The translations under genes and the position numbers were made by a program. The notes under the pieces were generated by a model. That model saw only the letters and a program-made list of their open reading frames with translations, did not search any database and was not told the origin of the DNA. This document shows, piece after piece, positions 49,297-58,540 of a DNA stretch of 64,000 bases (positions are counted from its first letter, which is position 1; each line of letters opens with the position of its first letter). Location: the NCBI GenBank assembly GCA_040755995.1, contig JBFMAF010000036.1, forward strand, positions 279,652-343,651. Reading direction: 5' to 3'. Origin of the DNA: Acidobacteriota bacterium (lineage in GTDB: Bacteria > Acidobacteriota > CAIWXX01).

Positions 49297-51025
49297 CGCG
49301 CAAGCGGGCGGTCTCCTCTGCGAGCAGTTCGAAGGTGGCCGGATCGAGGGCCACTCTGTAGAGATCGCGGGCGCTTTCGAGCGAAAGGATGCCGTCGCGG
49401 ACTTCCTGCCGCACTTTTTCGATCGGGCGCTCGGTGGGCGGGCCGTAGCCGCCGCCTCCGCCGGCGTGCTGCACGTAGACGGTGCCCGCCGGCACTCCTG
49501 AGATGAGGTCCTTGCTCTTGGCCGTAAGGATGCGGCCGTCGGGATAGTGCAGCTCGATCTTGTTGAGCGTGCCAACGGTTGCGCCGTCGAGACCGAATGC
49601 TGGCTCGACGTCGCCGTCGCCGAAGGCGACAATTTGTGTTGCGTCGCCGCCGACGCGGTAGATCGTTTCAACACCCAGGCCGCCGCGCTGGCGCCCGGCA
49701 CCACCCGAGTCGCGCAGGTATTCGTGTTTGATCAGCGTGTGCGGTGTTGTGTGCTCGAACATCTCGTAGTCCTGGTCGAGCACGCCGCCTGAGGCGTCGA
49801 TCATGCCGATGTGATCGTAGCCGTCGCAATCGCGCATCGCGCCGGAGCCGCCTTTGAGGCCCATGAACAGAATGTCCACGTAGGTGTCGTTGCGGTGCGG
49901 GTTGAGGCCGGTCGAGAGCGAGCAGAGGAGCTGGTTCCACCCGGCCGTCACGCGCTCGGGGATGACGGGCGCCAGCGCACGGATGATCGCGTCGGCGTTC
50001 GGCGGGCAGAGATGATTTCCAAAAGTCGTCGCCGCGGGGTAGGCGGCATTGAGGATCGTCCCCTCCGGGATGACGATCTCGATCGGCTGCAGCATCCCGT
50101 CGTTATGCGGGATATCGGGATTGACCATCTGGAGGAACGTGAGGATCGTGGCCGAAGCGCTCGACGTATACGTCCCGTTGACGAAGCCCTTCGTCTGCGG
50201 GTCGCTCTGAGAATAGTCGAACGTGATGTGCCGGTCCTCGACCTTCACGCGCACTCGGATCTTGAAGGTCGAGCCCTCGTTTTTACCGTCGTAGTAAACC
50301 GTGCTCTCGCCGAAATACTCGCCCTGTGGAATGCGCGCAATCTCGGCCTCCATCATCTTGCGCGACGCTTCGAAGAGATACTCCTTGTGAGCCAGAATCG
50401 CGTCGAGGCCGTACTTGTCGATGAGCGAGAGCAGCCGGCGCTCGCCCACTGTGCACGCGCCGATCTCCGCCCGCATGTCCTCTTCGACGATCGGCAGCCG
50501 GATGTTGGCGAAGATCAACTCCCAGACGTCCCGGCGCAACCTTCCGCGCTCATAGACCTTCACCGCGGGAATCCTCAGCGCCTCCTGCCATACCTCCGTC
50601 GCGTTCGGGTTGTACCCGCCGCGCACGGCGCCGCCAATATCAGCCTGATGTCCTTTGGCCGCCGCCCACCCCACGAGCGTCTCGCCAGAGAAGACCGGCT
50701 TGAACGCCGCCACATCGTTGTTCTGGTTCCCGAACGAGAAAACGTCGTTGTGAAAGAACACATCTCCTGGATAGACCTCGCCGCGAAAGCGCTCGGCGAT
50801 GTGCTTGCACACGGGGCTCAGCGAAAAGCTGAGGATGGGGAGATTCTCGGTCTGCTCGAGCATCCTCCCCTCGGCGTCGTACAGCCCCGTGACGAAGTCC
50901 TTCGCCTCGCACAGGATCGGCGAGCGCGTGGTCTTCTCCAACGTCAGGCTCATCTCATCGGTTATCGCCTTGAATGCGTTGCCGATTATCGCAGCGAGCA
51001 CCTTGTCCGTCTTGGGCTTCATCAT
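49283..51025 (-). CDS. Hydantoinase B/oxoprolinase family subunit
   Basis: RSPIL.EAKD, PGDVFFHND, HQADIGG, QEALRIP, AGRQRGGLG, GGGGGYG. Confidence 0.93.
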   Translation of the reverse strand: MMKPKTDKVLAAIIGNAFKAITDEMSLTLEKTTRSPILCEAKDFVTGLYDAEGRMLEQTENLPILSFSLSPVCKHIAERFRGEVYPGDVFFHNDVFSFGNQNNDVAAFKPVFSGETLVGWAAAKGHQADIGGAVRGGYNPNATEVWQEALRIPAVKVYERGRLRRDVWELIFANIRLPIVEEDMRAEIGACTVGERRLLSLIDKYGLDAILAHKEYLFEASRKMMEAEIARIPQGEYFGESTVYYDGKNEGSTFKIRVRVKVEDRHITFDYSQSDPQTKGFVNGTYTSSASATILTFLQMVNPDIPHNDGMLQPIEIVIPEGTILNAAYPAATTFGNHLCPPNADAIIRALAPVIPERVTAGWNQLLCSLSTGLNPHRNDTYVDILFMGLKGGSGAMRDCDGYDHIGMIDASGGVLDQDYEMFEHTTPHTLIKHEYLRDSGGAGRQRGGLGVETIYRVGGDATQIVAFGDGDVEPAFGLDGATVGTLNKIELHYPDGRILTAKSKDLISGVPAGTVYVQHAGGGGGYGPPTERPIEKVRQEVRDGILSLESARDLYRVALDPATFELLAEETARLRGTPV

Positions 51026-51052
51026 GCCAAAGCTCCCGCGAAGTCGCTCTTG

Positions 51053-51110
51053 GCCACAGAGGCACAGAGCCACAGAGCCGACCCTCTCCGTGCCTCAGTG
51101 TCTCCGTGGC
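51053..51110. repeat. REP-like hairpin of CACAGAG-type octamer units
   Basis: GCCACAGAGGCACAGAGCCACAGAG paired with CTCCGTGCCTCAGTGTCTCCGTGGC (20/25). Confidence 0.7.
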
Positions 51111-51119
51111 AGTACCTTT

Positions 51120-53186
51120 TCATTGGCTCGCCTTCAGCACGACGCTGCCGGCCTCGTCCACTTCCCCCGTATATGCCGCGCTGACGAAGACGGTGGTGTC
51201 GGTGCGCTCGAGCAGCGCGGGCCCGCGGATGACGTTGCCGGCCATCAGCCGGTGCCCGTCGTAGACCGGCACTTCTGCGAAGCTGCCGGACTCCGGCACG
51301 AAGGCCCGCCTGGATCCCTTTCGAATCTCACTCGCATCCGCGCCGCCGCGCGGGTAGCGAGGCAGTGCCGGCGGGCGGGTCCGCCCCAGCGATCGTACAC
51401 GCACGTTGATCAGCTCCAGCCCCGTGCCCTCGGCCTTGAGCTGATATCCGTACAGCCGGTCGTGCTCGGCGTGGAACAGCTCGGCGATCGCCGGCCAATC
51501 TCCCGCCGCGATCAGCTCGGGCGTGACCGGGAGAGTCACCTCGTGGTACTGCTTCAAGTAGCGCAAGTCCAGCGCCACCTGATTTTCGATCGTCCCTGCC
51601 CCCTCGGCCTCAAGCTGCCTCCGCCCCTCGGCCGCCATCTCATCCACCAGGCTTCTCAGACGCTCGCGTCCGATCGCCCCAAGCGGCTCCACGCACGATC
51701 TGACGAAATCATGTTGCAGGTCGCAGAGCAACATGCCGGTGGCACATAGTGTCGATGCGGCGTAGGGGATGATCACGGTTGGGATGTCGAGCTCCGTCGC
51801 GATCATGCAAGCGTGAAGGGGTCCGGCTCCGCCAGCCACCAGCAGCGGGAATTCGCGCGGGTCGAGCCCGCGCTTGACCGTGATCTCGCGCACGCCGTTG
51901 GCCATGTTGCTGTTGATGACCCGGTACATGCCCGCCGCGGCTTCTTCGGTAGAAAGCGAAAGCGGACGCGCGATGTGAACCTCGATCGCGCTGTGGGCGG
52001 CCGTCACGTCGAGCTTCAGCCGCCCCCCGGCGAAGTAGGCGGGGTCGAGGTAGCCGAGCACGAGGTTGGCGTCGGTCGAGGTCGGGCGCTCGCCTCCTCG
52101 CCCGTAGCAGGCGGGGCCCGGCAGCGCGCCGGCCGAAGCCGGTCCCATCCGCAGCAGGCCGCCCTCGTCGATCCACCCGATGCTCCCGCCTCCCGCGCCG
52201 ATCGTGCTGATGTCGAGCATCGGAAGCGCGATCCGCAAGCGGTCGATTTCGCCGTCATGACGCAGTGCGGCAGCGCCGTGGCGCACCAGTGACGCATCGA
52301 AGCTGGTCCCACCCATGTCGACCAGGATGCAGTCGTCGCGTCCCTGCGCCGAAGCGAAGACGGCCGCGGCGCGCGGGCCGCCGGCAGGGCCTGAGAGCAG
52401 TGTCGATGCCGGCAGGCGCTCGGTCGCAGCAGGGACCGCCAGGCCGCCATTCGACTGCATGATCAGCAGCACCCCCGCAAAACCCGCTCCGGCGAGCCTC
52501 GAAGTGAGGTTCTGCATGTAGCCCTTCACCACCGGGCCGACGTAGGCGTTGAGCACAGTTGTCGAGACGCGATCATAGAAACGTATGACCGGCAGCACCT
52601 CTGAGGAGACGCTGGTGAAGAGTCCGGGCAGCGTTTGGCGCACGAGCGCCGCAGCGGCACGCTCGTGAGCCGCGTTTGCATAGGAATGCATGAAGCAGAT
52701 GGCAACGCTCGTCACCCCGTCCCGCCTGAGGGTCTCGGTGGCACGCCCCACCGATCCCAGATCCAGCGGCGCGGTCTCCTCACCACGGAAGTCGATTCTC
52801 CCCGTCACGGGGATGCGAAGCCGGCGTGGCACCAGCGGCACGACATTCTGAAAGCGGTTGTCATACTGTCTTTCTCGGATGCCGCGCCGCATCTCCAGGG
52901 CGTCCCTCACGCCCTCGGTTGTGATAAGCGCCGTAGGCGCCCCGCTTCGTGTCAACACGGCGTTGGTGGCGACCGTAGTCCCGTGGACGATCAGCGATGT
53001 TGCGCGCGCGAAGTCGGCGACCGGCATGCCTCGTGCTTCCGCCATGAGACGGATGCCGTCGAGTACACCCAGCGACGGGTCCTGCGGGGTCGAGAGAACC
53101 TTGAAGGAGCCGACCGATCCGTCCTCCGCCCAGAGGAACAGGTCGGTGAAAGTGCCGCCGACGTCGATGCCTACTTTGAAGCTCAT
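51120..53186 (-). CDS. Hydantoinase A/oxoprolinase family ATP-binding subunit
   Basis: GIDVGGTFTD, HGTTVATN, LLSGPAGG, DMGGTSFD, IGAGGGSI, GGAGPLH. Confidence 0.95.
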   Translation of the reverse strand: MSFKVGIDVGGTFTDLFLWAEDGSVGSFKVLSTPQDPSLGVLDGIRLMAEARGMPVADFARATSLIVHGTTVATNAVLTRSGAPTALITTEGVRDALEMRRGIRERQYDNRFQNVVPLVPRRLRIPVTGRIDFRGEETAPLDLGSVGRATETLRRDGVTSVAICFMHSYANAAHERAAAALVRQTLPGLFTSVSSEVLPVIRFYDRVSTTVLNAYVGPVVKGYMQNLTSRLAGAGFAGVLLIMQSNGGLAVPAATERLPASTLLSGPAGGPRAAAVFASAQGRDDCILVDMGGTSFDASLVRHGAAALRHDGEIDRLRIALPMLDISTIGAGGGSIGWIDEGGLLRMGPASAGALPGPACYGRGGERPTSTDANLVLGYLDPAYFAGGRLKLDVTAAHSAIEVHIARPLSLSTEEAAAGMYRVINSNMANGVREITVKRGLDPREFPLLVAGGAGPLHACMIATELDIPTVIIPYAASTLCATGMLLCDLQHDFVRSCVEPLGAIGRERLRSLVDEMAAEGRRQLEAEGAGTIENQVALDLRYLKQYHEVTLPVTPELIAAGDWPAIAELFHAEHDRLYGYQLKAEGTGLELINVRVRSLGRTRPPALPRYPRGGADASEIRKGSRRAFVPESGSFAEVPVYDGHRLMAGNVIRGPALLERTDTTVFVSAAYTGEVDEAGSVVLKASQ

Positions 53187-53776
53187 GGTGAGACCGCCTT
53201 CATGCCGAGCGCGAAGGCACGGCGGCCGGCTGGTCCCCCAGGGCAGGCCGACTCGACCACGCGCACAATCGATTGAGGATCGAGAGGCAGAATTTGCAGG
53301 GCCGCTAGAGCGCCGAGCATGACCAGGTTGAGTGATCGAGACGACCCCGCGGCTCTCGCAATTGCCGGACCGTCAAGAGTGACAACCTCACACGTCGCCT
53401 CGCGTAGAGCCGACAGCATCCCGCTCAAGTCGGGGTAGGGCAGCCCCTTCTGCGCCAGAGTGAACGGAGGGACCTTCCCGGTGCTGATCACCACGCGCGC
53501 GCGCCGCGAGAGGCGCGGGACCGCACGCAAGGCTTCGATCGGCTCCAGTGCCAGCAGCGCGTCGGCCGCCGCCGGTCCTATGAAGGAGCTGTACCCGGGT
53601 CCGATGACAACCGTGGACTCCACACTGCCACCACGCTGCGACATTCCGTGAAGCTGCCCCAGCACGACCGGCTTTCCTTCTGCGAGCGCGGCTTCTCCCA
53701 GGACACGCGCCACGCTCAGAACTCCTTGGCCGCCGACTCCCACCACCAGCAACCGGAAGCGGCCGTTTGGCGTCAT
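53183..53776 (-). CDS. iorB: Indolepyruvate oxidoreductase beta subunit
   Basis: VGVGGQG, HGMSQRGGSV, LEPIEALR, NLVMLGA. Confidence 0.92.
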   Translation of the reverse strand: MTPNGRFRLLVVGVGGQGVLSVARVLGEAALAEGKPVVLGQLHGMSQRGGSVESTVVIGPGYSSFIGPAAADALLALEPIEALRAVPRLSRRARVVISTGKVPPFTLAQKGLPYPDLSGMLSALREATCEVVTLDGPAIARAAGSSRSLNLVMLGALAALQILPLDPQSIVRVVESACPGGPAGRRAFALGMKAVSP

Positions 53777-56700
53777 GAGCGCTCCAGCGCCGGGCGGATG
53801 GCGCCGTTTGGACAGAAGACAACGCAGACGCCACAGCCGTTACAAGCTCCCGGATCGATTGCGACGTGTCCGTCCGCCAGATAGAAAGCCGGGCAGCCGA
53901 AAAGGTCGATGCACGCGCGGCAGTTGCCGCACATTCCGCAGACCGCACACCGAGCAGCTTCGGTGCGCGCCTGCGCTTCCGTCAGCGCGCCGACGACTTC
54001 ATCGAAGCTGTCAGCGCGCGTGTCCGGCAACAGATGCGGCGGTGCCTGGCGCCAGACATTGTCGGCTCGCCGGTAACGCGTGCGCTGCGTCTGCGGATGC
54101 GGCCATGCACTCATCAGGGGCGCCGGCGGCCGGCGATCCGAGGCTTCAGCACCCCGCAAGGATCGATCGATCCCCCACGCGGCGCGCAAACCCCATGCGA
54201 TCGCCTCTGTAACGGTGCGGGCCCCGCCCGCCAGGTCCCCGCCGGCGAACACGCGCGGGTGGGATGTAGCAGCAGTCTCGCTGTCCACACGAAGCCCGCC
54301 TCCGTCCGTGCGCTCGAGCGCCAGGTCATCGAGGGCAGGGGACTGCCCTGTGGCTAGCAGCACCAAGTCCGTCTCGTAGAGCTCTTCAGAGCCTTCGACC
54401 ACCAACGGCCGCGGCCGCCCGGAAGCATCCGGGGCTCCCGGTTGCGTCCGCGCGAACACCACACCGCCGGCAGCCAGCGCCGTCGGCTGCAGGTGCGTCC
54501 GGACTTCGATGCCCTCTTCCGCAGCCGCATCGATTTCAGTGGCGATGGCCGGCATCTCCTCGCGCCCGCGCCGGTAAGCGATCAGAACGTGAAGCGCGCC
54601 GGCGCGTCGAGCGGTGCGTGCCGCATCGACCGCCGCATTGCCGCCGCCGATCACAACCACCCGCCGCGCCGTGGTGAGGCCGCCATCTTTGGCTCGCTTC
54701 AAGTACGCCAGAGCATCCAGGTGGGGCGGCGCACCCGGTGAGGCCGGAAGATCGAGCCGAGCGGGCATCTGCGCGCCTAACGCGAGGAAGACGGCCGAAT
54801 GCGACTCGACGAGAGCCGACAACTTGATGTCTCGACCCAGGAAACATCCCCCTTGAAAAGCGACGCCGAGCGCGAGGATGCGATCGACATCGCGACGCAA
54901 CGCGTCAGGAGGCAGACGGAACTGCGGGATGCCGTAGCGGAGGAGCCCTCCTGGTTCGGCTTCAGCGTCATACAGGATGACGGCGTAGCCGCGCAATCTC
55001 AGCTCGTGAGCCGCGGCGAGCCCGGCAGGGCCGGCGCCGACGACGGCGACGCTGCGATCGTGATCGGGTTCCTTCGGCGGGTCGTACGGGAGGCGCTCCC
55101 GCCTGGCGGCCCAGTCCATCACGAACCGCTTCAGATCGTTGATCGCAACGGGCCCGTCGTGGCCTGCCCGCACGCAGACTTCCTCGCATGGTTTATGACA
55201 GACGCGGCAGACGGAGTCAGGGAGCGGCAGGCGGCTCATGATGAGCGCGAGCGCCCGCTCGTACTGGCCCGCTGCGATGTGCCCGGCGTATCCCTGGACG
55301 CAAAGGCCGAGTGGACAGTGGACGGCGCAGGGGGCGACCGGCTGCGGCCACGCAGCTTCCGGAGCCGCCGCCGTCCAGCCCTCGAGAGCGCGGCTGCGCG
55401 CCATGTGGCGCTCGTGTCCTCGGGAGATATCCAGATCGCAACGCATTCCGCACCCGCTGCGGCCGCACGTGGCGCAACGATCGGGATCGATCTCGAAAAT
55501 GGTGCGCGAAGATGGCGCGCCTGTCAGTCGCGATTCCCATACCGGGCAAGGATGCTCGACCACGATCACGCTTACACCCTTCGCGTCGCGTGCGCCTTCG
55601 AAAGCCAGGATGGTTCCGGCGAGATCCTTGACGGGATCGACGATCTGGACATCGTTCGCCCCGAGGGCCCTCGCTACGTCGGCTATCGGAGCGCGGTGAG
55701 TGATTTTCCCGTTTTCGAGGCCTGTGGCGGGGCTCTCCTGGAAACCCGTCATGGCGGTCACGCCGTTGTCCAGGATCACGGCCACCATCGAGACGCTTTC
55801 TTTGATGGCGTTCAGCAGCGGCGGAATGCCGGAGTGGAAGAAGGTGGAGTCTCCCATGAAACCGACGGTGCGCTTGCCGGTCATGCGCGAAACACCTGCG
55901 GCCAATGTGAAGCCCGCTCCCATGCACAGCAAAGCATCAGCCGTATCAAGAGGCGGTCCGAAGCCCAGGGTGTAGCAGCCGATGTCGCTGAAGAAAAGCT
56001 GGTCTTCGGGGAAAGCCGCGCGGGCTGCGAAGTACGTCGCACGGTGGGGACAGCCGGAGCAAAGCACGGGGGGCCGCGCAGGAAGATCGGCGGTCCCGGG
56101 CGCCGGCGCCGTAGCGCTGTGAGGGGTCCCTAATCCGAACGCATCAAAGAGCGCACGCGCGATGATCTCCGGCGTGTACTCGAAAGGCTCCGGCAGATGG
56201 CCCGATCGTTTTCCCAGGGTGGTCACGCTCAGTCCATGACGCGCCGAGAGCGCGAGCAGCGTGTCCTCGATAAACGGAGACAGCTCCTCCAGGACGAGTA
56301 CCTTATCCGCGCGTCTAAGCAGGTTCACGAGCGCCTGCTCCGGGAACGGATAGACTCCACGCATTGTGGCGAGAGCCACGTTGGCCTCGGCCCCGAGCTC
56401 GTGGAGCACATCCGCGCACGTGGCAGCGGGGGCGCCGGATGCGAGGACGATACATGCACCTTCGCCCTCGACCCTGAACAGCTCTTCCATGGTTCTGCGC
56501 GCCGTATCCAGTCGCTTGGGGATTTGCATCCGCATGACACGCGCGTTGGCCGGGATCGGCACCAGCCGCCGCGGGTCGCGCTCGAAGCCCCGTACCTCAC
56601 GCGTGCCCAGCGCGCCGTAGAGCACCGGAGCCCGCGTGTGCGCCACACGCGTCGTGATTCGGAGAAGCACAGGGAGGCTGCTGCGCTCGGACAGCTCGAA

Positions 56701-57189
56701 GGCGAGGCGCGTCAGTGTGAGCGCGTCCTGTGGGGTCGTGGGATCCAGCACCGGAATGTGCAACATCGGCCCCAGGTACCGCTGGTCCTGTTCGTTTGGG
56801 CTCGTTAGACAGGATGGGTCGCCGGCGCTCACGATGACCATACCACCCCGCACGCCGATGTAGGGAATGGTCGTGAGCGGATCGCCCGCCACCATCAGGC
56901 CGAGGTGCTTCATGGCGGTGATGGCGCGAGCGCCGGCCAGTGAGGCCGCGAACGCCATCTCGATCGCAACCTTCTCGTTGACCGAGTACTCGAAGACGAT
57001 GCCGGCCCGCTTCGCCAGCCTGGCGAAAGCGTCAGTTACTTCAGAGGACGGTGTTCCCGGATAACCGCTGGCAAAGGCGACTCCCGCTTCGATCGCGCCT
57101 CGAACGACGGCCTCATTGCCGAGCAGCAACACCGCGCGCCCGGGCGCGTCCAGGAGCAGCGGACTTGCTTCATGGGTATCCTGAAGCAT
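53773..57189 (-). CDS. iorA: Indolepyruvate oxidoreductase alpha subunit with inserted GltD-like FAD/NAD(P)H module
   Basis: GNEA, GYPGTPSSE, NEKVA, DIGCY, GDSTFFHSG, DN..TAMTG; then PC..HCP, CRVCHKPCE, GAGPAG, GGGNAA; terminal 2x[4Fe-4S] motifs. Confidence 0.9.
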   Translation of the reverse strand: MLQDTHEASPLLLDAPGRAVLLLGNEAVVRGAIEAGVAFASGYPGTPSSEVTDAFARLAKRAGIVFEYSVNEKVAIEMAFAASLAGARAITAMKHLGLMVAGDPLTTIPYIGVRGGMVIVSAGDPSCLTSPNEQDQRYLGPMLHIPVLDPTTPQDALTLTRLAFELSERSSLPVLLRITTRVAHTRAPVLYGALGTREVRGFERDPRRLVPIPANARVMRMQIPKRLDTARRTMEELFRVEGEGACIVLASGAPAATCADVLHELGAEANVALATMRGVYPFPEQALVNLLRRADKVLVLEELSPFIEDTLLALSARHGLSVTTLGKRSGHLPEPFEYTPEIIARALFDAFGLGTPHSATAPAPGTADLPARPPVLCSGCPHRATYFAARAAFPEDQLFFSDIGCYTLGFGPPLDTADALLCMGAGFTLAAGVSRMTGKRTVGFMGDSTFFHSGIPPLLNAIKESVSMVAVILDNGVTAMTGFQESPATGLENGKITHRAPIADVARALGANDVQIVDPVKDLAGTILAFEGARDAKGVSVIVVEHPCPVWESRLTGAPSSRTIFEIDPDRCATCGRSGCGMRCDLDISRGHERHMARSRALEGWTAAAPEAAWPQPVAPCAVHCPLGLCVQGYAGHIAAGQYERALALIMSRLPLPDSVCRVCHKPCEEVCVRAGHDGPVAINDLKRFVMDWAARRERLPYDPPKEPDHDRSVAVVGAGPAGLAAAHELRLRGYAVILYDAEAEPGGLLRYGIPQFRLPPDALRRDVDRILALGVAFQGGCFLGRDIKLSALVESHSAVFLALGAQMPARLDLPASPGAPPHLDALAYLKRAKDGGLTTARRVVVIGGGNAAVDAARTARRAGALHVLIAYRRGREEMPAIATEIDAAAEEGIEVRTHLQPTALAAGGVVFARTQPGAPDASGRPRPLVVEGSEELYETDLVLLATGQSPALDDLALERTDGGGLRVDSETAATSHPRVFAGGDLAGGARTVTEAIAWGLRAAWGIDRSLRGAEASDRRPPAPLMSAWPHPQTQRTRYRRADNVWRQAPPHLLPDTRADSFDEVVGALTEAQARTEAARCAVCGMCGNCRACIDLFGCPAFYLADGHVAIDPGACNGCGVCVVFCPNGAIRPALERS

Positions 57190-57196
57190 GACAAGA

Positions 57197-57225
57197 AGAT
57201 TAGGCCCAAAGGGGTGATTCGTCAA
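57197..57225 (-). promoter_or_regulatory. Putative leaderless sigma70 promoter of the ior-hydantoinase operon
   Basis: TTGACG-N17-TAATCT, 7 nt before ATG 57189. Confidence 0.6.
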
Positions 57226-57333
57226 GTTAGACTGGGGGGCCCCTGGGCTACTTGGCTGTTGGGCGGCCGGGTCACGCGCGCCCGGGCGAGCCGTTTCGTC
57301 CAGGACCGAAGTAGCGTCCGAGACTGCACGGAC

Positions 57334-58008
57334 CGTGCCGTGCTGAAAGAGTGCTGGAGGCTACAGTACATCTCACCCGAGGACTACCACAGGGCGATCG
57401 ACTTCCGAACGGTCCGGGGCGAGACATTGCCCCGCTGCCGCGCGCTCACGCAGGGAGAAAGGAGAGATATTTTCTCGGCATGCTCGATAGACGAGACGCC
57501 GGCGGGCGTGCGCGACGCGGCGCTTCTGGCAGTGCTCTACGGCGCAGGCCTGCGTCGAACCGAAGCGGCGGCTATCGAGCTTGCCGACTGCAGGGACCAC
57601 GGCCGCGAACTCGTCGTGAAAGGCAAGGGAAGGAAAGAGCGCATGGCTTAACTCCCGCGTGGCGCGGCCGAAGCCCTCGCCGGATGGCTTGGAGCCAGGG
57701 GAGAACGGCCGGGAGCGCTCTTCCTCCCCATCAACAAGGGCGGAAGGATACTCAAGCGCCGCATCACCTCACAGGCGATCTATCTCCACTTGGTCAAGCG
57801 TGCGAAGCAGGCGCGGACCGGCAGGTTCTCCCCACATGACCTGCGCCGGAGATTTGTCAGCGATCTCTTGGAGGCCGGCGCCGATCTCGCCACCGTCCAG
57901 AGGCTCGCCGGGCACTCATCGATCGATACAACCAGGCGCTACGATCGCCGCAGCGGAGAGACGAAGAGACGCGCCGTCGAGCTCCTCCACGTGCCGTACA
58001 GGACGTGA
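57334..58008 (+). pseudogene. Tyrosine recombinase, 5'-truncated with in-frame stop
   Basis: YGAGLRR, KGKG, HDLRR, AGH, RYDR; TAA at 57649-57651 with the frame continuing. Confidence 0.88.
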
Positions 58009-58417
58009 CCTGGCTGACACCTCACCACGAGAGCACGCGCTCGCACGGATCTCCAACCCATGTCTCATTCCCGTCGCCCCACCATTTGTCGATCGACCCG
58101 CGGCGAATCCACATTCCGATCCCACGGCCGGATTGCTTCATGCGCACGCCACGCCACCGTGCTCGCCGAACTGAGCCCGCGACGCTGAGCCGGCCTGGGC
58201 CCTTCCACCTCGATAGCTCCTCCTGCCACGCATCGAAGACTCGCCGGGCCTCCCTCTCGGTGCGGAAGGGGCAGTATCGAAGGCCCCAACCGCCAAACGC
58301 CTCGTCCTTCTCGAAGCAGAATGCGATCATCTGTATCAGCGTGATCCTCACGGCTAGGCAGTATACTGATCTCGAGAAGGCGCCGCCACGCCGATCGCCG
58401 CGACGGCGGGCGGCCTC

Positions 58418-58540
58418 TCAGGTGGCTCTGTATTTCGCCAGCGGAGCCACCCAGGACAATTGTCCACCGAGTGCCTGGCACAACTTCGCGTCTGCTGTTA
58501 CGAAGGTCGCCTTGAGGGATTCTGCCAGTGCCAGGTACGT
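58418..58540 (-). pseudogene. C-terminal fragment of a VapC PIN toxin
   Basis: TYLALAESLKATFVTADAKL; directly abuts the truncated TIG domain. Confidence 0.7.

Noticed and set aside
58022..58351. 109-aa minus-strand ORF
   Set aside because: No motif support; lies in a decayed region.
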